Origin: an uncultured Erysipelotrichaceae bacterium
GTDB lineage: Bacteria; Bacillota_I; Bacilli_A; RFN20; CAG-826
DNA length: 64,000 nt
Direction of reading: 5' to 3'
NCBI GenBank assembly: GCA_900314585.1
Contig: OMVV01000002.1
Coordinates: 14,681 to 78,680, forward strand
How positions within the stretch are numbered: position 1 is the first letter of the stretch; each line of letters starts with the position of its first letter. Position numbers and translations under genes: made by a program. Below, in pieces: positions 8,992-19,146 of this stretch. The notes under the pieces are model-generated. The model saw nothing but the letters and a program-made list of their open reading frames with translations, did not search any database and had not been told where the DNA came from.

Positions 8992-9698
8992 TGGATTATA
9001 AAAACATCATTGTTTCTAATCACAAAAGCGAACTAGTTGAGCTCGATGATATTTCATCACTTAACATCGAAGTTAATGACTCTTCTAGCCTTGTTTTAAA
9101 GCTTGCAAATTTCTCAAAGAATAAAGACATTTCCTTAAACGCGAAAATTGGAAAAGATTCCAGACTTGCGGTGATTTTTGCTGATTTTGCCCAGTCTGAC
9201 ATCAACTTCAAAAGTGTTGTTGATCTCACCGAAAAAGGTGCGAATTGCTCTTGGCATTTAGCGAGCCTTTCTAACTCTAGTTTTAAGAAGAAATTTGATG
9301 TTTCTTTCAATCATTTAGTTGGTGAGACCACCGCTTTAATGGACAACTATGGTGTCGCTAAGGATTCATCCAATATTATTTTTACCGGATGCAACCATAT
9401 TTTTAAAGGTTCAAAGAAAGCAATTACTAAACAAAATGCAAAAATCATTGTTTTTGATAAAGATGCGAATGGAACAGCTTCACCAATCTTAAAAATTGAT
9501 GAAAATGATGTTCAAGCTAGCCATGGTGCGGTCGTTGGACAACTTAATTCTGATCACATGTTCTATTTAATGTCACGTGGACTTAGTCAAAATGAAGCCA
9601 GAATGGTTATTACTTTAGGCTATTTAAAACCAATTTCAGAAAATTTCTCAAAATCAATTCAAGAGAAGATTGAAAATGCAATTAAGGAGGCAATGTAA
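8991..9698 (+). CDS. sufD: SufD, short form (Fe-S assembly protein)
   Basis: C-terminal SufB/D signature HMFYLMSRGLSQNEARMVITLGYL. Sits between sufC and sufS; start overlaps the sufC stop (TAATG). Confidence 0.7.
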   Translation: MDYKNIIVSNHKSELVELDDISSLNIEVNDSSSLVLKLANFSKNKDISLNAKIGKDSRLAVIFADFAQSDINFKSVVDLTEKGANCSWHLASLSNSSFKKKFDVSFNHLVGETTALMDNYGVAKDSSNIIFTGCNHIFKGSKKAITKQNAKIIVFDKDANGTASPILKIDENDVQASHGAVVGQLNSDHMFYLMSRGLSQNEARMVITLGYLKPISENFSKSIQEKIENAIKEAM

Positions 9699-10930
9699 TG
9701 TTTGATCCTTATAAAATAAGAAAAGATTTTCCAATGTATGTTAACAAAGTTAAGATGCAAGGTTTTCCTCTTGTTTTCCTCGATAATGCCTCCACTACAT
9801 TTAAACCACAATGTGTCTTAGATGCGATTGAGAAATATTATGGTTTTGAAACCAGTAATTCGCATCGTGGAGATTATGATCTTTGTTATAACGCGGATGT
9901 AAAAATTTCTGAAACACGCGAATTAGTTGCAAAATTTATTAACGCAAACACTAATGAATGTGTTTTTACATCAGGCACAACGATGTCGATTAATTTGATC
10001 GCTTATGGATATGCGATGAAATATTTAAATAAAGAAGATGAAATTCTTTTATCGGTTGGTGAACACGCTTCAAATGCACTTCCGTGGTTCGAAGTTTCAA
10101 AAGCAACCGGTTGTAAATTAAAATTCGTCGAATTAGATGAAAAAGGACGCGTCACCACCGCTAACATTCTTAAAACAATTAATAGAAACACCAAATTAGT
10201 TTGTATTGCTCAAGTCGGTAATGTTTTAGGTTATCTCGTCGATATTAAGGAAATTGCAAAAATTGCCCACAAAAATGGAGCATTATTAGCATGTGATGGC
10301 GCCCAATCAGTTCCACATATGAAAGTTGACGTGAAGGATTTAGATGTTGATTTCTTATCGTTCTCCGCTCACAAAATGTGTGGTCCAACCGGTATTGGAG
10401 TGCTTTACGCTAAGGAAGAATTACTTGAAAAGATGTCACCAGTATTTGTTGGTGGAGGAAACAACGTAAACTTCCATTCAACTGGTGAAGTTAATTATTT
10501 ATCTGCTCCAGAAAAGTTTGAATCTGGAACACTTAATTTAGAAGGTATTTTTGGCTTTAAAGCTGCCCTTGAATATATTGAAAAATTAGGTATTGAAAAT
10601 ATCGCTGAATATGAGCAAAATCTCCGCAAATATGCGATAAGTAAGCTAAAAGATGTTCCTAATTTGAAACTCTATAATGAGGATGCTGATGCTGGAATTA
10701 TCACCTTTAATTTGAAGGGTGTTTTTGCTCAAGATTTAGGTACATATCTTAATTCAAAAGGAATCGCTGTTCGCACTGGTCAACACTGCGCAAAAATGTT
10801 ACCAGAATTCTTAAAAGATCCTGCGACCGTGCGTGTTTCTATTTATTTTTATACAACAAAAGAAGATATCGACTACTTGGTTGATACATTAAAGACAGGA
10901 GGTAATTTCTTAGATGCCTATTTTGCTTAA
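9698..10930 (+). CDS. sufS: Cysteine desulfurase SufS (class V aminotransferase)
   Basis: PLP-lysine motif SFSAHKMCGPTGIGVLY and active-site RTGQHCA. Position in the suf operon. Confidence 0.85.
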   Translation: MFDPYKIRKDFPMYVNKVKMQGFPLVFLDNASTTFKPQCVLDAIEKYYGFETSNSHRGDYDLCYNADVKISETRELVAKFINANTNECVFTSGTTMSINLIAYGYAMKYLNKEDEILLSVGEHASNALPWFEVSKATGCKLKFVELDEKGRVTTANILKTINRNTKLVCIAQVGNVLGYLVDIKEIAKIAHKNGALLACDGAQSVPHMKVDVKDLDVDFLSFSAHKMCGPTGIGVLYAKEELLEKMSPVFVGGGNNVNFHSTGEVNYLSAPEKFESGTLNLEGIFGFKAALEYIEKLGIENIAEYEQNLRKYAISKLKDVPNLKLYNEDADAGIITFNLKGVFAQDLGTYLNSKGIAVRTGQHCAKMLPEFLKDPATVRVSIYFYTTKEDIDYLVDTLKTGGNFLDAYFA

Positions 10931-11360
10931 TCCTCAAATGATGAGACAAATCATCATGGATCATTACGAAAACCCACAATTTAAGAAAACTCCACAAAAT
11001 TTGGATGGTTTTGAGAAACTTCATATGTCTTCCGCTAATTGTATTGATGACATTAATGTTTATGCAAAAGAAGAATACGGAAAGATTAAGGAATGTTTTT
11101 GGGATGGTGTCGCATGCACTATTTCAACTTCATCCACCGATATTATGTGTGGCCTTGTTATTGGTAAGTCCATGAAAGAAGCCAAATACATAATTGAACA
11201 ATATAACAATATGATTCATGAAAAAGAATATGATGATTCAGTTCTTGATGAAGCAATTGTTTTTATGAATACATCCAAGCAAGCTGCACGTATCAAATGC
11301 GCGACAATTGGTTGGGACGCTTTAGACGAAATTATTTGTAAACATCACCATGAAAAATAA
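10914..11360 (+). CDS. sufU: Zinc-dependent sulfurtransferase / Fe-S scaffold SufU (IscU-like)
   Basis: IMDHYENP start motif and three conserved Cys (NCID, CTIST, CG). AGGAGG lies 11 nt before ATG 10914. Confidence 0.8.
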   Translation: MPILLNPQMMRQIIMDHYENPQFKKTPQNLDGFEKLHMSSANCIDDINVYAKEEYGKIKECFWDGVACTISTSSTDIMCGLVIGKSMKEAKYIIEQYNNMIHEKEYDDSVLDEAIVFMNTSKQAARIKCATIGWDALDEIICKHHHEK

Positions 11361-12744
11361 AGATTTTGAACAAGATTATAAATACGGTTTTAAGGACAAA
11401 GATGTCTCCATTTTTAATACTGGAAAAGGATTAACTGAAGACATTGTTCGTGAGATTTCTAAACTCAAAAATGAACCCGAGTGGATGCTTGAATTTCGCC
11501 TTAAATCTTATAAAGCATTTAAGGAACTTCCAATGCCTTCCTTTGGTCCAAATTTAGATTTCTTAGACTTTGATTCTTATACATATTTTACTCGTCCTTC
11601 AACTAAAGTTGAAAAAGATTGGAATGATGTTCCAGAAACAATTAAAAACACCTTCCAAAAACTCGGCATACCTGAAGCTGAACAAAAGTATTTAAGTGGT
11701 GTTACAACTCAATATGAATCAGAAGCCGTTTACCATAATATGCTTAAGGAAGTTGAAGATAAAGGCGTTATCTTTTTATCAACCGATCAGGCTTTAAAAG
11801 TTTGTCCTGAAATCGTTAAGAAATATTTCAATACAGTCGTCCCTTATCGCGACAATAAATTCTCCGCTTTAAATGGCGCTGTTTGGTCTGGTGGATCATT
11901 TATTTATGTTCCTAAAGGAGTGAAACTAGATAAACCTCTTCAATCCTATTTTAGAATCAATAATGAAAAGTCTGGACAATTCGAAAGAACTCTCATCATT
12001 GTTGATGAAGGTGCGGATGTCCATTATGTCGAAGGTTGTACCGCTCCAATATACTCAAAAGACTCATTACATGCTGCTGTCGTTGAGATTATTGTCGAAA
12101 AAGGCGCTAAATGTCGTTATTCAACCGTTCAAAACTGGTCAAATAACATTGTTAACCTAGTTACTAAGCGTGCTTTAGTTAAAGAAAATGGTCAAATGGA
12201 CTGGATTGATGGCAATATTGGCTCCCAAACTAACATGAAATATCCAGCCTGCATTTTAGCTGGCGAAGGCGCTCGTGGAAATTGTATTTCCATCGCTGTT
12301 GCTGGTAAGGGTCAATATCAAGATGCTGGTGCACGTATGATTCACCTTGCAAGTAATACTTCTTCAACCATTATTTCTAAATCAATTGTTAAAAATGGTG
12401 GCGTTGCTAACTATCGTGGATCAGTTAAACACATGAAAGGTGCATTCAATTGTAAATCACACGTTGAATGTGACACTTTGATTTTGGACGATATTTCAAA
12501 ATCCGATACAATTCCAGTTAATTTGGTCCAAAATAACACTTCATTTATCGAACACGAAGCGACCGTTTCGAAGATTAATGAAGATCAATTATTCTATTTA
12601 ATGTCACGCGGAATATCACGAAAAGATGCAACTCAGATGGTAATTATGGGCTTTATTGAGCCATTCTCAAAAGAATTACCAATGGAATATGCTGTTGAGT
12701 TAAATCAACTTATCAAAATGGATATGGAAGGTAGCGTTGGTTAA
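11350..12744 (+). CDS. sufB: Fe-S cluster assembly protein SufB
   Basis: 464 aa. C-terminal [21 protein letters not shown] signature. Last gene of a sufCDSUB (Firmicutes-type) operon. Confidence 0.9.
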   Translation: MKNKDFEQDYKYGFKDKDVSIFNTGKGLTEDIVREISKLKNEPEWMLEFRLKSYKAFKELPMPSFGPNLDFLDFDSYTYFTRPSTKVEKDWNDVPETIKNTFQKLGIPEAEQKYLSGVTTQYESEAVYHNMLKEVEDKGVIFLSTDQALKVCPEIVKKYFNTVVPYRDNKFSALNGAVWSGGSFIYVPKGVKLDKPLQSYFRINNEKSGQFERTLIIVDEGADVHYVEGCTAPIYSKDSLHAAVVEIIVEKGAKCRYSTVQNWSNNIVNLVTKRALVKENGQMDWIDGNIGSQTNMKYPACILAGEGARGNCISIAVAGKGQYQDAGARMIHLASNTSSTIISKSIVKNGGVANYRGSVKHMKGAFNCKSHVECDTLILDDISKSDTIPVNLVQNNTSFIEHEATVSKINEDQLFYLMSRGISRKDATQMVIMGFIEPFSKELPMEYAVELNQLIKMDMEGSVG

Positions 12745-14615
12745 TGAAAGAGTATGAAGTAATTGTTGTTGGAGGAGGACACGCTGGTGTCGAAGCTTGT
12801 GCTGCCGCTGCGCACATGGGTTTATTCACACTTTTAATTACTCTTAATAAGAAAATGATTGCTAACATGCCTTGTAATCCAGCGATTGGCGGCTCTGCAA
12901 AAGGTATTGTTGTCCGTGAAATCGACGCTCTTGGCGGAGTGATGGGTTTTGCGGCCGATTATGACTATTTACAGATTAAAATGCTCAATACTGGCAAGGG
13001 TCCAGGAGTTCAATGTTTGCGTGCTCAAGAGGATAAATATAACTATCCTCATTTTATCCAAGAATATTTAGAAAAAACCGCAAATCTCCACGTAATTGAA
13101 GGAGAAGTGACAGGTATTGACTATCACGATGATGTCGTTACAGGTGTCATTTTGAAAGATGGAACACTTATCAAGTCTAAGGCTGTCGTTATTGCTACTG
13201 GAACGTACATGGAATCACGAATTTTACGTGGCAAAAAGTCCATTGTTGCAGGTCCAGATGGCGAAAATCCATCGATCGGATTATCGAAAGCTCTTCAAAA
13301 GATGGGACTTGAGATTTTTAGACTGAAAACCGGTACTCCACCACGTATCAAAAAGAGCTCAATCGACTTCTCAAAAGCGGTTATTCAAGATGGAATGGAA
13401 GGTAATTATGCCTTCTCATATTTGACCACCAAATTCAAACCACTTAACCAACAATTACCATGTTATTTGATATATACGAATGAGAAAACTCATGACCTAA
13501 TTAGATCAAATTTGGACAAGACAGCAACTTATAATGGACTTCAAACAGGTGTTGGTCCAAGATACTGTCCTTCAATTGAATCTAAGGTTATGACTTTTGC
13601 TGATAAAAAGCGTCATCAATTGTTCTTAGAACCAGAATTTAAAGATGGTGAATCAATCTATATTCAAGGTTTCTCCACTGCTATGGATGAGAAGACTCAA
13701 GAAGAGATGGTTCATTCTCTTGAAGGCTTAGAAAATGCTGAATTCTTAAAGTATGCATATGCGATTGAATATGATGCTTTGAACCCCCTTCAATTTGATT
13801 TAACTCTTAGAGTTAAAAAATTTAAAGGTCTTTATGGAGCAGGTCAAATCTGTGGTACTTCCGGTTATGAAGAAGCTGGTGGTTTAGGTATGGTCGCAGG
13901 TATTAACGCTGCTTTATATGTTTTAGGTAAAGAACCATTCATCTTAAAAAGAAATGAATCATATATTGGTGTTATGATTGATGATCTTGTTACTAAAGGA
14001 ACTAACGAGCCATATCGATTACTTTCTTCAAGAGCAGAATATCGTTTATTACTCCGTCACGATAATGCCGATTTAAGATTAACTCCTTATGGATATAAAT
14101 TAGGTTTAATTTCTGAGGAAAGATACAATGCTTTCTTGAAGAAAAATGAGAATGTTAACAAAGCTAAAGACATTTTAGAACAAGTTCATTTAGGATCATC
14201 CAAGAAGGTTAATGATTATCTCAAAGAACACAATTTACAAACTCTTAATTCTGGTGTTTCGGGATTAGAATTTTTGAAGCGTCCTGAAATTCATTATCAA
14301 AATGTTTATGACTTAATTCCTGAAGTTAGAGACATTGAATTGGACTATATTGGCGTGGCCCAACTTGAAGTTTCAGTTAAGTTTGAAGGTTATATTAAAC
14401 GTGAACAACTTGAAGCGAATTCATTTGCGAAATTTGAAAACTATAAACTTCCAGAAGATATCGATTATCTCCATATGGATGGTTTAGCAATAGAAGCAAG
14501 GCAAAAATTGGATAAAATCCGCCCAACAACGGTCGGACAAGCAGGTAGAATCTCGGGAATTAATCCTACCGATATTTCAGTTTTGATATTAAACTTAAAA
14601 AGAGCAAAGAAATGA
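12744..14615 (+). CDS. mnmG: tRNA uridine 5-carboxymethylaminomethyl modification enzyme MnmG (GidA)
   Basis: N-terminal FAD-binding fold VIVVGGGHAGVEA. 623 aa. Followed by an overlapping rsmG. Confidence 0.9.
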   Translation: MKEYEVIVVGGGHAGVEACAAAAHMGLFTLLITLNKKMIANMPCNPAIGGSAKGIVVREIDALGGVMGFAADYDYLQIKMLNTGKGPGVQCLRAQEDKYNYPHFIQEYLEKTANLHVIEGEVTGIDYHDDVVTGVILKDGTLIKSKAVVIATGTYMESRILRGKKSIVAGPDGENPSIGLSKALQKMGLEIFRLKTGTPPRIKKSSIDFSKAVIQDGMEGNYAFSYLTTKFKPLNQQLPCYLIYTNEKTHDLIRSNLDKTATYNGLQTGVGPRYCPSIESKVMTFADKKRHQLFLEPEFKDGESIYIQGFSTAMDEKTQEEMVHSLEGLENAEFLKYAYAIEYDALNPLQFDLTLRVKKFKGLYGAGQICGTSGYEEAGGLGMVAGINAALYVLGKEPFILKRNESYIGVMIDDLVTKGTNEPYRLLSSRAEYRLLLRHDNADLRLTPYGYKLGLISEERYNAFLKKNENVNKAKDILEQVHLGSSKKVNDYLKEHNLQTLNSGVSGLEFLKRPEIHYQNVYDLIPEVRDIELDYIGVAQLEVSVKFEGYIKREQLEANSFAKFENYKLPEDIDYLHMDGLAIEARQKLDKIRPTTVGQAGRISGINPTDISVLILNLKRAKK

Positions 14616-15289
14616 AATTACTCGAAGCATTCAAATTAAACGAAAATCAACTCGCTAGCTTTGCTAAGTACAAAGAACTTCTTTTAGAGTGGAACAAGAA
14701 ATTTAATTTAACCGCGATTACTGATGAAGATGAAATTGAAGAAAAACATTTTGTCGATTCATTAATGCTTTTAAATTATGTTTCTTTAGATAATAAATCT
14801 CTTCTTGATGTTGGTTCTGGTGCAGGTTTCCCTGGAATCCCTTTAGCAATTGCCTGCCCAAAAGCAAAAATCACCCTTTTAGAATCTAATGGTAAGAAAG
14901 TTACATTCTTAAAAGAAGTTGTTTCACAACTTAAGTTAGATAATGTTGAGATCGTTCAAGCTAGATCAGAAGAATTTAATAAGCGTGAACAATTTGATTA
15001 TGTTACCGCTCGCGCAGTTAAGGAATTAAATATTCTTTTAGAAATTTGTTTCCATCTTGTTAAAGTTGGTGGAGCGTTCATCGCCTATAAATCAAGCAAC
15101 GTTGATAACGAGATTGAAAACGCCAAAAAGGCTTTTAGAGAGCTTGAAATTGGTAAGATTGAGAAATATTCCTATAACCTACCAAATTCGCAAGATATCC
15201 GCGTTTTGCTGGAACTTTTTAAAAAGAAACCTACTAAGAAAAAGTATCCAAGACAATATTCAGAAATTGTTAAAGCACCTCTAAGATAG
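14612..15289 (+). CDS. rsmG: 16S rRNA (guanine527-N7)-methyltransferase RsmG (GidB)
   Basis: SAM-binding motif LLDVGSGAGFPGIPLAI. Classical mnmG-rsmG pairing. Confidence 0.85.
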   Translation: MKLLEAFKLNENQLASFAKYKELLLEWNKKFNLTAITDEDEIEEKHFVDSLMLLNYVSLDNKSLLDVGSGAGFPGIPLAIACPKAKITLLESNGKKVTFLKEVVSQLKLDNVEIVQARSEEFNKREQFDYVTARAVKELNILLEICFHLVKVGGAFIAYKSSNVDNEIENAKKAFRELEIGKIEKYSYNLPNSQDIRVLLELFKKKPTKKKYPRQYSEIVKAPLR

Positions 15290-15304
15290 GTGTGATATAA
15301 TTTA

Positions 15305-15448
15305 TTTGTTTCAGGGCAGGGTGCAATTCCCGACCGGCGGTAAACTCCGCGAGCCGAAAGGTTGATCTAGTGAGATTCTAGAAGCGACAGTATAGTCTGG
15401 ATGGAAGAAATATTTTATATTTAAGTGCCCTGATACAGGGTATTTTTT
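15305..15448 (+). promoter_or_regulatory. FMN riboswitch (RFN element) with terminator-type expression platform
   Basis: CAGGGCAGGGTGCAATTCCCGACCGGCGGTAAACTCCGCGAGC ... GAAGCGACAGTATAGTCTGGATGGAAGAAA matches the conserved RFN core (GGGCAGGGTGAAATTCCCGACCGGCGGTA ... GACAGTgAAAGTCTGGATGGgAGAA). It is followed by a CCCTGatacAGGG hairpin plus TATTTTTT immediately before ATG 15449. Confidence 0.85.
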
Positions 15449-16138
15449 ATGGAAGATATTAAGGTTTACGTTTTTGCAGCCGCCTTACTCGTGTGGTTAA
15501 TTTTCACTGTTCGTTTTTATTATAGTGAACACCACATTTCATCTAAGATGGGTGTTAAGTTCATCGTTAGGGTTGGTGTCTTTGGCGCTATCTCTGCGGT
15601 TTTATATATTTTCATTAAATTCCCAATTCCAATCTTCCCATCATTTTTAGAAATTCATATTGATGAGATTCCAATCTTTATTGCTGGCTTTGCGTATGGA
15701 CCGTGGGCTGCTGTGTTTGTTACTTTAGTAAAAACAATTATTAAGTTACCTCTCACATCGACGATGTGTGTTGGTGAACTTTGTGACTTCTTATACACTT
15801 TAGCGTTCGTTGTACCTGCTTCAATTATTTATAAAAGACATCGCTCAATTAAGGGCGCGCTTGTTGGACTTGCCTTTGGTGTTGTTTTCCAACTTATTGC
15901 CTCAGTCCTTGGAAACATCTACATCATCCTTCCTTTCTATATGAAAGTAATGGAATTCCCAAAAGAAGCTATCTTAGCGATGTGTCAAAAAGCTAATCCA
16001 ATGATTACTAACCTTGAATGGGCATATGGATTATTTGCAGTTTTACCATTCAATCTCATCAAGAATACGATTGTGGTGGTCTTAACTTTCTTAATATATA
16101 AATCAACTAGACGATTTGTTGATAAAATGGAAAGATAA
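15449..16138 (+). CDS. ribU: Riboflavin ECF-transporter S component RibU-like membrane protein
   Basis: About 6 TM helices over ~200 aa, immediately downstream of the FMN riboswitch. The N-terminal 33 aa may be an extension; an alternative start is Met34, MGVKFIV. Confidence 0.7.
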   Translation: MEDIKVYVFAAALLVWLIFTVRFYYSEHHISSKMGVKFIVRVGVFGAISAVLYIFIKFPIPIFPSFLEIHIDEIPIFIAGFAYGPWAAVFVTLVKTIIKLPLTSTMCVGELCDFLYTLAFVVPASIIYKRHRSIKGALVGLAFGVVFQLIASVLGNIYIILPFYMKVMEFPKEAILAMCQKANPMITNLEWAYGLFAVLPFNLIKNTIVVVLTFLIYKSTRRFVDKMER

Positions 16139-16166
16139 AAAAAGAACCACTTTGTGGTTCCTTTAT
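16138..16166. terminator. Bidirectional terminator between ribU (+) and the ferredoxin gene (-)
   Basis: AAAAAA-GAACCACtttGTGGTTC-CTTT. Confidence 0.5.
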
Positions 16167-16181
16167 ATATCGAATCAGTTA

Positions 16182-16352
16182 TTATTCAACTTCGATTGCC
16201 CCGAATGGACATTCAAAACCGAGATCTCCATCGATTTCGGAGACAACAGCTTTTGCTTTGCCTTCATCATCGAATTCGAATACTTCTGGGCGGGAGCCAA
16301 CGCATAAACCGCAGGATCCGCAGACATCTGAATTAACTTTTACTTTTGGCAT
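16182..16352 (-). CDS. fer: Small 4Fe-4S ferredoxin (single-cluster type)
   Basis: CGSCGLC...C...CP motif, 56 aa. GGAGGAAGAAAAC precedes ATG 16350-16352; the track ORF is extended 5 codons upstream. Confidence 0.8.
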   Translation of the reverse strand: MPKVKVNSDVCGSCGLCVGSRPEVFEFDDEGKAKAVVSEIDGDLGFECPFGAIEVE

Positions 16353-16502
16353 GTTTTCTTCCTCCAATTGAATAAATTATATAAAAGAGCGATAAAACGT
16401 TCAATAATTCGTTGATGATTTTTTAGGAAGTAGTTTATAAACTAAAGTCAAATCTTAAAAAGCAATTCATTTATTAATGAAAAGATAATACAATATTTGC
16501 GT

Positions 16503-16826
16503 ATGACTAGAGTTGAAAAGTATCGCGAATATCGTAAAGAGATCGTCAATTCTTTCTACTTTGAAGAAAAGACTGGTAAAAAATCAGAAGTTTCCAAAAA
16601 GATTTCTGAAGCCACTCTTAACAAGGACACCACCAACAACCTAAGTGTTGACGAGGTCCTTGATGCATACGAGATATATGACGAGCAAGGCGAAGTTGAT
16701 AAAAAGAAACAACTAAGCAAAGTTCAAAGAAAACAATTAATTAAATTATTAATTGCGATCGGTGTGGTTGTTGTGCTTGTCGCTGCAGTTATCGTCGTTG
16801 GAATTCTAGCTTTTGGAGGAAAATAA
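16503..16826 (+). CDS. Hypothetical small protein with a C-terminal transmembrane anchor
   Basis: No SD. C-terminal LLIAIGVVVVLVAAVIVVGILAF helix. Ends overlapping the cmk RBS. Confidence 0.4.
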   Translation: MTRVEKYREYRKEIVNSFYFEEKTGKKSEVSKKISEATLNKDTTNNLSVDEVLDAYEIYDEQGEVDKKKQLSKVQRKQLIKLLIAIGVVVVLVAAVIVVGILAFGGK

Positions 16827-16827
16827 A

Positions 16828-17493
16828 ATGCGTAAAATTGTTGTTGCAATCGATGGCCCTGCCGCCAGTGGTAAATCCACTGTTTCAAAAGCAGTCGCTA
16901 AAGAATTAGGTTTTACCTATATTGATACAGGAGCAATGTATCGAGCATTCACCGAATATGTTTTAAGAAAGGGTGTCGATCCTCAAAACGAAGCTGAATG
17001 CGTTAAATTAATTCCAGAAGTCACAATTGATTTATATCCAGATGGAAAAGTTATGTGTTCTGGAAAAGATGTTACACGTGAAATTCGTGAACCACATGTT
17101 AGTGGTAATGTTTCATATATCGCTTCATATAAAGATATTCGTTTAGCCCTTGTTGAATTGCAACGTAAAATGGCGGATAAACAATCAGTGGTGATGGATG
17201 GCCGCGATATTGGAACATATGTTCTTCCAAATGCGGATGTTAAAATTTATCAAGTTGCCTCTGTCGAAGAAAGAGCGAAGCGTCGTTTTCTTGAAAATCA
17301 AGAAAAAGGCATTCCGTGCACTTTAGAAGATGTCATCGCTGACGTCGAAAAAAGAGATCGAATTGACTCTTCACGAGCGTTCGCTCCTTTAAAACCAGCT
17401 CCAGATTCAATTCGTTTAGATACATCTAATTACACAATTGAAGAAACAAGAGCGAAAGTCTTGGAAATTATCAAAGAGAAAACAGGTATTTAA
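16828..17493 (+). CDS. cmk: Cytidylate kinase
   Basis: P-loop AIDGPAASGKST. GGAGG lies 8 nt before ATG 16828; the track start is an upstream TTG. Confidence 0.9.
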   Translation: MRKIVVAIDGPAASGKSTVSKAVAKELGFTYIDTGAMYRAFTEYVLRKGVDPQNEAECVKLIPEVTIDLYPDGKVMCSGKDVTREIREPHVSGNVSYIASYKDIRLALVELQRKMADKQSVVMDGRDIGTYVLPNADVKIYQVASVEERAKRRFLENQEKGIPCTLEDVIADVEKRDRIDSSRAFAPLKPAPDSIRLDTSNYTIEETRAKVLEIIKEKTGI

Positions 17494-18800
17494 TGAGCTT
17501 AGGTGTTGTCGCAATTATTGGTAGTCCAAACGTTGGTAAGTCAACGATTTTTAATCGTATCGTTGGGCGTAGACGCGCGATCGTGGACGATCAACCAGGT
17601 GTGACACGCGATCGACTGTATGAAAACGCTGAATGGTTGGACCGTCAGTTCCGTATCATTGATACAGGTGGAATTGAAATTGCCAATCGACCATTCCAAG
17701 AACAAATTAGAATCCAAGCTCAAATCGCAATTGATGAAGCGGATGTAATTTTATTTGTTGTCGATGGCAAGAAAGGTCTTTCGGATGATGACCGTATGGT
17801 CGCGAAGATGCTTTATAAATGTAAAAAACCAGTCGTTCTTGCGGTTAATAAAATCGATAACAATTCAATGATTTCAAATGCTTCTGAGTTCTACGCTTTA
17901 GGCTTAGGAGAACCAATTCCAACTTCTGGTGAACACGGCATTGGCATCGGTGATATCTTAGACAAAATCGTTAAACAGCTTCCTAAAAAGGAAGAAGAAG
18001 ATTTTGGTGAGGCGATTACTTTCTCGATTATTGGCCGACCAAATGTTGGAAAATCATCTTTAGTTAACGCTCTTTTAAAGAAAGAAAGAGTTATTGTTTC
18101 TAATATTGTTGGCACGACCAGAGATTCAATCGACACCTTCTTTAACCGCGATGGACAAGATTATGTTGTTATTGATACTGCTGGACTTAAGAAACGCGGA
18201 AAAATTTATGAAGCGGTGGATAAATATTCAATGCTTCGTGCATTAGCGGCAGTTGATCGTAGCGAAGTTGTTTTGCTTGTGATCAACGCTGAAGAAGGAA
18301 TAATTGAACAAGATAAGCATGTAGTTTCATATGCTGTTGAAAATAAAAAAGCGATTATTATCGTTGTGAATAAATGGGATTTAGTGAAGAAAGAACAAAA
18401 CACTCAATCCGAATTTGAGAAAAAGATTCGAAAAGAATTCCAATTTTTAGAGTACGCGCCGATTGTATTTGTCAGTGCGAAAACATCATCAAAAGTTGAC
18501 AATATCTTTGCAAAAATCCAGCAAGTTCACCTTGCATATGACACTCATATCGCCACTTCTTTACTTAATGATGTCATTCAAGATGCGCAAGTAATGAATG
18601 AAGCTCCAGACTTCAATGGTGGACGTTTAAAAATCTATTTTGCTAATCAAGCGAATTCTTGCCCACCGACATTTGTGCTCTTTGTCAATAAACCAAAGTA
18701 TGCTCATTTTTCATATTTAAGATATATTGAGAATCGATTACGTGACTCATTTAATCTTGATGGGACACCAATTGAGATTGTCTTACGCGAACGCGTTTAA
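17493..18800 (+). CDS. der: Ribosome-biogenesis GTPase Der (EngA), two GTPase domains + KH
   Basis: Two G1 motifs (GSPNVGKST, GRPNVGKSS). 435 aa. cmk-der synteny as in Bacillus. Confidence 0.9.
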   Translation: MSLGVVAIIGSPNVGKSTIFNRIVGRRRAIVDDQPGVTRDRLYENAEWLDRQFRIIDTGGIEIANRPFQEQIRIQAQIAIDEADVILFVVDGKKGLSDDDRMVAKMLYKCKKPVVLAVNKIDNNSMISNASEFYALGLGEPIPTSGEHGIGIGDILDKIVKQLPKKEEEDFGEAITFSIIGRPNVGKSSLVNALLKKERVIVSNIVGTTRDSIDTFFNRDGQDYVVIDTAGLKKRGKIYEAVDKYSMLRALAAVDRSEVVLLVINAEEGIIEQDKHVVSYAVENKKAIIIVVNKWDLVKKEQNTQSEFEKKIRKEFQFLEYAPIVFVSAKTSSKVDNIFAKIQQVHLAYDTHIATSLLNDVIQDAQVMNEAPDFNGGRLKIYFANQANSCPPTFVLFVNKPKYAHFSYLRYIENRLRDSFNLDGTPIEIVLRERV

Positions 18801-18852
18801 TTTTGTTGTTAATTAATAGACCTTTATATAAAATATAACCAAGGAGATTTTT

Positions 18853-19125
18853 ATGAATAAGACAGATTTAGTTGTTGCGATAACAGAGAAGTCAGATTTA
18901 TCTCGAGTTGAAGTCGAATCAGTAGTTGATGAATTCATTCGTTTAGTGGAAGAAGGAATCCTTAAAGGTGAGGAAGTAAAAATATCTAACTTTGGTGTTT
19001 TTTATAAGAAAGCTCGTCTTCCTAGAAAAGGTACAAATCCAAGCGATGGCTCACCAATTGTGATTCCAGCGAATAATACGGTTGGGTTTAGAACATCAAA
19101 AATATTAAAGGAAAAATTGAATTAA
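18853..19125 (+). CDS. hup: DNA-binding protein HU
   Basis: 90 aa, MNKTDLV...GFRTSK. AAGGAG lies 7 nt upstream. Confidence 0.9.
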   Translation: MNKTDLVVAITEKSDLSRVEVESVVDEFIRLVEEGILKGEEVKISNFGVFYKKARLPRKGTNPSDGSPIVIPANNTVGFRTSKILKEKLN

Positions 19126-19146
19126 GAGTCTTATGACTCTTTTTAT
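19125..19146 (+). terminator. Hairpin/attenuator after hup, overlapping the first ATG of the next ORF
   Basis: AGAGTCttatGACTCT followed by TTTTT. Confidence 0.45.
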
